From positions 149,241 to 213,240 of the forward strand of contig CAXXSV010000002.1 of assembly GCA_963666595.2 (NCBI GenBank): DNA of 64,000 nucleotides. The letters are read 5' to 3'. Source of the DNA: Opitutales bacterium (GTDB taxonomy: Bacteria; Verrucomicrobiota; Verrucomicrobiia; Opitutales; CAXXNP01). Below the pieces are notes generated by a model that ran no database searches, was not told where the DNA came from, and saw only the letters and a list, made by a program, of their open reading frames with translations. Position 1 is the first letter of the stretch, and the number at the start of each line of letters is the position of its first letter. The translations under genes and the position numbers were made by a program. Below are positions 59,270-64,000 of this stretch, in pieces.

Positions 59270-60304
59270 TTAGATCTGTCCGAATAAAGTCTTGTCTTTT
59301 GAACGCAAGTCATCGGCGCCTTTTTTGACGCGAACTGACATCGCCTCCTCGGCCGCTTTCAAGTAGGAGCGTGGATCGTAGAATTTTTTGCCGCCGATTT
59401 CACCATCCACCATCAGCACGCTGTCATAGTTTTTAAGCATATGATCGGCGATGGGTCGGGTAAAGGCGTATTGGGCGTCGGTGTCGATATTCATTTTAAT
59501 CACACCGTAATCCAGGGTTTCGCGAATCTGCTTCACGGGCGAGCCGGAGCCGCCATGAAACACCAGATCAAACTCGGCTTCATTGCCGTATTTTTCTGTA
59601 ACGGCCTCCTGACCTTTCTTTAGAATGTCGGGGCGCAACTTGACGGCTCCCGGTTTGTAGTGACCATGAACGTTGCCGAAAGTTGCCGCAAACATGTAAC
59701 GACCCAGCCCCTTTAGTGATTCATATACGAAGAGCATATCCTCCGGGGTCGTATAAAGTTTTTCCTCCGGGGTATCCTCGGTACCGGCGGCGCCATCTTC
59801 TTCGCCCCCGACGACTCCCGCTTCAACTTCGAGGATTATATCATTTTCGGCGCAGAGTTTGAGATATTCGCTTGAAATTTTCATATTTTCCTCCAACGGA
59901 ATTGCAGAGGCATCGAGCATATGTCCCTGGAAAAGAGGACCCAGGCCTTGTTTACGGCGACGGGCCGATTCCTCGATGAGTGGCTTTAGGAAGCCTTCGG
60001 CTTTATCGGGTTGACAGTGATCAGTGTGCAGCGCGATCAAAATATCGTATTGGTCGGCCAACCGGCAGGCTGCTTCAGCCAGGATAATGCAGCCCATTGC
60101 GGCGTCCTTGTTATTTAGGCCCGAGGCGAATTGACCGGCGCCTGTGGAATATTGAATTATGCCGTCGGACTTTGAATCGGCCAAACCCTTCAAAGCGGCA
60201 TTCATGGTAATGATGGAAGTGCAGTTTATAGCCGGGAAGGCATAGTTGTTCTCTTGAGCTGCATCTAGCATTGCAGCATACTGTTTCGGTGATGCTACTG
60301 GCAT
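59270..60304 (-). CDS. fbaA: Class II fructose-bisphosphate aldolase
   Basis: YAFPAIN, HTDHC, GGEEDG, FGNVHG, FHGGSG, KMNIDTD, YDPR. Confidence 0.95.
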   Translation of the reverse strand: MPVASPKQYAAMLDAAQENNYAFPAINCTSIITMNAALKGLADSKSDGIIQYSTGAGQFASGLNNKDAAMGCIILAEAACRLADQYDILIALHTDHCQPDKAEGFLKPLIEESARRRKQGLGPLFQGHMLDASAIPLEENMKISSEYLKLCAENDIILEVEAGVVGGEEDGAAGTEDTPEEKLYTTPEDMLFVYESLKGLGRYMFAATFGNVHGHYKPGAVKLRPDILKKGQEAVTEKYGNEAEFDLVFHGGSGSPVKQIRETLDYGVIKMNIDTDAQYAFTRPIADHMLKNYDSVLMVDGEIGGKKFYDPRSYLKAAEEAMSVRVKKGADDLRSKDKTLFGQI

Positions 60305-60355
60305 GGTTCTATCCTTTATTTCTCAAATAAGGTGTTTTTCAGCACCCTGCTAGTC

Positions 60356-62842
60356 TCATTTTTTTGATTTTGGCGTCGATTTTGTTTTCTTTTCTCGTGC
60401 CGGGAACTCAAAACCTATACTGCCGTCTTTTCTCAGAATCAAGTAGGCGGAGAACAGTTTCCCTGTTTTCTTTGAGCGAAATTTTTCCAGGAGATCAGTC
60501 TTACCGTTTTCGATCAGCTTGAGGAATTGTTCGTTGGGGATAGATCTGCCTAGCATTTTACGGCTTACCCTGAAATCACAAGATTTTTTTTCAGCAATCG
60601 CATTTTCGCAAATAAACGCGTTTGGAGCGTCCAACAATTTTGCGCCATCTTTAGGGCATTTCCCGAGAACCGGTAGATTGTCAGGGTCGATTCCGTCCAT
60701 CGAGTTGTCGCGGCGGCTCTTGTCGAACACGAATTCAATCTTGTTGAAGTCATTCAGCCGGAGAGTGGCTGAAAAAGGCCTGCCGGCTTTGGAGAGGAAA
60801 CCATCCAGTGGCCCCAATTCCCGGTTTTTAATGATGGTTCCGATTTCCTCTTCGCTAAATTTTCTATTACAGATTACTTTGTATATGATGATGTCTCCAT
60901 CCTGCGATTTATATTGTCGCAGGCCTTCTTTAATTGGCTTTCCATCGGTGGGAGATATTATATTTGTGATGCGATCCTCCACGTCCGATTCTTCGAAATC
61001 CTTTGTCTTCTGAACAATTTCCGAGGTCATATCCGAAATACCCTGCATGAATTCTTTACGGGAAAGTTTGCCTTCCTCGATAAGACTCAATTTGTGCTCC
61101 CACTCTCCGGTCAAGGCCGGGCTGGTGAGAGCTTCGACTTTGAGGGCGGCGAGGAATTCGATCAAACTTTCGGCTTTGGCGGTAGGAGACAAATCTCGTT
61201 TGTGCCGTTCCATGTAATTTTCTTTTATCAAGTGCTCGATGATTTGGGCGCGTGTCGCAGGAGTGCCGAGTCCCTTTCCTTTCATGGCTTCTGCCAATTC
61301 TTCATCCTCTACAAATTTACCGGCGTTTTCCATGGCGGAAAGGAGGGTGGCTTCGGTATAGCGTGGGGGCGGTTTGGTTGTATCCTCCGAGAGTTCAAAA
61401 TTCAGCACTTGTGCTAGTGCCGGTAAGCCGTCTTCCGGTGAGAGGGCGGGCAGTTCCACCGAGCTGTCTGTACTTTTCCCGTAAACTTCGAGCCAACCTG
61501 GCTGGATGAGCACTTTGCCTTCGGTTTTAAACTGGGTGTCTTCGACGGTGCTCAGGCGGATTGTAACATCGAACACAGCCTCGGGGAAAAATACCGCCAC
61601 GAATCGGCGTGCTATCATGTCTAGAATTTTGGTTGCGTTGAAGTCCAGATTGCGACTCTCCCTGCCGGTAGGAATTATTGCGAAATGGTCGCTGACTTGC
61701 GCGTTGTTGAAAACACGCTTGTTCGGGCGCACGCCTTCGCTGTCCAGGACCTTTCGGGCAAACTCCTGCAAGTCACCGCCAAGGGAGTCCAGCGTTTTCT
61801 TGCAGGTCTGGATGTAGTCTTCGGGCAAGGCTCGCGAGTCGGTTCGCGGATAAGTTATCAATTTGTGCTTTTCATAGAGTTCCTGCGCGATCTGTAAAGT
61901 TTTGCGGGCGGGGAGGCTGAAACGGCTGTTGGCCTCGCGTTGCAGTGAAGTGAGGTCGTAGAGGCGAGGCGGAAGTTGACGGGTACGCTTTTTCTCATCT
62001 GTAACTTCGGCGGTTTTGGCCTCGCTGATTTGTGTCAATTTGGTTTCGGCATCGATACGTTTCCATATCCGGTCGATGCGGTCATCGGCGGATGCCTTGT
62101 CGGAAGATTTCTTGAAGTCCGGTTTCTGATAAACACCATCGTATTCGCCTTGATTGACTCCGAATTTGCCGAGTATGCGCCAATATGGGCGTGGCTGGAA
62201 GTTTGTGATTTGCTTTTCCCGTACCATAACCAGTGTCAGGGTGGGAGTCTGCACTCGTCCCACGGTAGCCACCTGTCTGCTCTTGGAGCCCGACTTATAC
62301 ATACGCCGAGTAATGGCGCGTGTGCCGTTAATGCCGATGAGCCAATCCGATTCTGAGCGGCAGCGCGCGGCGTCCTGCAAGGACAGCATCTCTTTTTCGG
62401 AGCGCAATTGAGAGAAGGCACCCCGTATGGCTTTCGGCAACATGGAACTGAGCCAAAGGCGATGCACTGGTTTGCGACATTTGGCCAATTCGTATATATT
62501 GGTAAATATGAGTTCGCCCTCCCTGCCGGAATCGCAGGCATTGACGACCTTATCGACATCTTTTCGCGAAAGGAGTTTCTTCAACTCGGCAAACTTCTTT
62601 TTCGTTCTCTCAATGGGCTTGAGGGAGAATTTATCCGGGATAATGGGCAAGTCCTGGAGTTTCCAAAAAGTCAGTTTCTTATCGATATCCTCGGGCATGA
62701 AAAGTTCGACCAGATGGCCGATGGCCGAGCTGATGATGTATTGCTCGTCCTCAAACCAATCCCCGTTTTTTTTGACGTTATCGAGGGCCGAGGCTATGTC
62801 GCGTGCGACGCTTGGTTTCTCGGCAATAATCAAAGTTTTCAT
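60356..62842 (-). CDS. topB: DNA topoisomerase III (type IA) with C-terminal repeats
   Basis: IAEKPSVA, DSGREGE, GRVQTP, ITYPRTD catalytic Tyr, GLGTPATRA, two C-terminal F.SK.G..FSA repeats. Confidence 0.9.
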   Translation of the reverse strand: MKTLIIAEKPSVARDIASALDNVKKNGDWFEDEQYIISSAIGHLVELFMPEDIDKKLTFWKLQDLPIIPDKFSLKPIERTKKKFAELKKLLSRKDVDKVVNACDSGREGELIFTNIYELAKCRKPVHRLWLSSMLPKAIRGAFSQLRSEKEMLSLQDAARCRSESDWLIGINGTRAITRRMYKSGSKSRQVATVGRVQTPTLTLVMVREKQITNFQPRPYWRILGKFGVNQGEYDGVYQKPDFKKSSDKASADDRIDRIWKRIDAETKLTQISEAKTAEVTDEKKRTRQLPPRLYDLTSLQREANSRFSLPARKTLQIAQELYEKHKLITYPRTDSRALPEDYIQTCKKTLDSLGGDLQEFARKVLDSEGVRPNKRVFNNAQVSDHFAIIPTGRESRNLDFNATKILDMIARRFVAVFFPEAVFDVTIRLSTVEDTQFKTEGKVLIQPGWLEVYGKSTDSSVELPALSPEDGLPALAQVLNFELSEDTTKPPPRYTEATLLSAMENAGKFVEDEELAEAMKGKGLGTPATRAQIIEHLIKENYMERHKRDLSPTAKAESLIEFLAALKVEALTSPALTGEWEHKLSLIEEGKLSRKEFMQGISDMTSEIVQKTKDFEESDVEDRITNIISPTDGKPIKEGLRQYKSQDGDIIIYKVICNRKFSEEEIGTIIKNRELGPLDGFLSKAGRPFSATLRLNDFNKIEFVFDKSRRDNSMDGIDPDNLPVLGKCPKDGAKLLDAPNAFICENAIAEKKSCDFRVSRKMLGRSIPNEQFLKLIENGKTDLLEKFRSKKTGKLFSAYLILRKDGSIGFEFPAREKKTKSTPKSKK

Positions 62843-62897
62843 TTCAGGTGACGCTTCTATTTAAAAAGTGTGTATTTGGGGTGGAAAATTGATCTGC

Positions 62898-63971
62898 TTA
62901 GAGTTCCGCCATGAGGGTGTCGAGGTTTTCCAGCAAACCTCCTATGGATTCTTCGGTTTCATCTCCCATATTTGATATCCTGAAAGTCTGCCCCTTGATT
63001 TTTCCATAACCTCCGTCTATTACGCAATTGAACCGTTCCTTTAGGCGGCTGATAAGAAGCGGCACATCGATGTCCCGGTTATTCTTAACGCAGGTCAAAG
63101 TTTTCGAACAGAAGGCTTTTTCTGGATAAAATTCAAATCCGTTCCTCTCCACCCAGGCATGGACCATGGCGTTGAGCCGGTCATGGCGGACATAACGGGC
63201 TTGCAGCCCCTCGGCCTTTATGTCCTCCAATTTGGAACGCAATGCAAAAATGTGAGGGATATTCGGTGTGGTCGGGGTCGTTCCATTTTCGTGGTTTTTC
63301 AAAAACTCCAGGAAATCAAAATAGAGCCCTCGCCCGGGAATCTGAGCGGCCCGGTCCAAGGCCTGTTGCGACACGCTGAAGAGAGCCAGGCCGGGAGGCA
63401 GCGCTAGGGCTTTTTGGGAGCCGGTCAAAAGAACGTCGATGCCCAACTCGTCCATTGGCAGCGCAACCGCGGAAAAGGAGCTTACCGCATCAACTATGGA
63501 GATGACATCGGGAAATTCTCTGACAACGGCCATGATGTCAGCAATGGGGTTCATCAGTCCGGTCGAGGTTTCATTGTGAACGATAGTGACGGTGTCGTAA
63601 CCGCCCTTGGACAATTCCCTCCGCACTGCATCCGGGTCAACTGGCCGGCCCCAATCGAATTGCAGGGGCGCGGCCTCCTTACCGCATCGAAGACTGACGT
63701 CGTGCCACTTGTCCGAAAACGCACCGCACATGCAGATCAATACTTTCTTGGCGGTCAGGTTGCGCACCGCTCCCTCCATCACGCCCCAAGCGCTGCTGGT
63801 GCTTAAAAATACCGGATCGGTGGTGCCGAAAAGCTCCTGCAAGCCGGGTTGCAGGGAGCGGTAGAGTTCGGCGAATTCTGAACTTCGATGACCGAAAATG
63901 GGGGTCGTCAAGGCCTGGTAGGTTTTATCCGATACCTGGACCGGACCTGGAATGAAGAGTTTATAGCTCAT
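62898..63971 (-). CDS. Class V PLP aminotransferase (serine-pyruvate/alanine-glyoxylate family)
   Basis: IPGP, HRS, HNETSTG, DAVSS, GSQKAL PLP lysine. Confidence 0.9.
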   Translation of the reverse strand: MSYKLFIPGPVQVSDKTYQALTTPIFGHRSSEFAELYRSLQPGLQELFGTTDPVFLSTSSAWGVMEGAVRNLTAKKVLICMCGAFSDKWHDVSLRCGKEAAPLQFDWGRPVDPDAVRRELSKGGYDTVTIVHNETSTGLMNPIADIMAVVREFPDVISIVDAVSSFSAVALPMDELGIDVLLTGSQKALALPPGLALFSVSQQALDRAAQIPGRGLYFDFLEFLKNHENGTTPTTPNIPHIFALRSKLEDIKAEGLQARYVRHDRLNAMVHAWVERNGFEFYPEKAFCSKTLTCVKNNRDIDVPLLISRLKERFNCVIDGGYGKIKGQTFRISNMGDETEESIGGLLENLDTLMAEL

Positions 63972-64000
63972 GTTTATCCAGTTTGATGATTGTATGATTG

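Noticed and set aside
1-64000. CRISPR arrays, tRNA/rRNA genes, riboswitches, IS elements, prophage or defence genes
   Set aside because: None recognised by eye; intergenic gaps are all under about 250 nt and lack repeat-spacer periodicity or tRNA motifs. A covariance-model scan would be needed to exclude small ncRNAs.

Overview
A 64-kb, gene-dense bacterial chromosome segment, mostly housekeeping genes. By protein style and gene order it is probably Verrucomicrobiota/Opitutia-like (inference, no search run). Left to right: partial cysI, rpiB, lptF, smc; an 11-kb respiratory operon (alternative complex III actABCDEF plus an ActG-like gene, a cbb3-type CcoN-like protein, a CcoO-like protein and a cytochrome c); rfaD, proC, an orphan REC-kinase, folD, rluB; an FMN-domain-less CysJ; fabG-acpP-fabF, plsY, hom-lysC-thrC-cimA, glpK; a cNMP-binding histidine kinase; cysHCDN, alaS, leuB, ribD, rdgB, ispH, menF/menD/menB, fbaA, topB and a class V aminotransferase. 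I saw no rRNA, tRNA, CRISPR array, transposase or integrase. Three observations stand out. (1) The CcoN-like protein in the ACIII operon is intact but has lost all three heme-ligating His, one CuB His and the cross-linking Tyr, so it looks like a pseudo-oxidase. (2) An AT-rich gene fuses a MerR-type HTH, a PAS-like region and a class III nucleotide cyclase, behind a perfect 24-bp palindrome overlapping tandem sigma70-like promoters. (3) A sharp, mirror-symmetric local strand-composition skew converges on two TGACCCC motifs near 36.15 kb.
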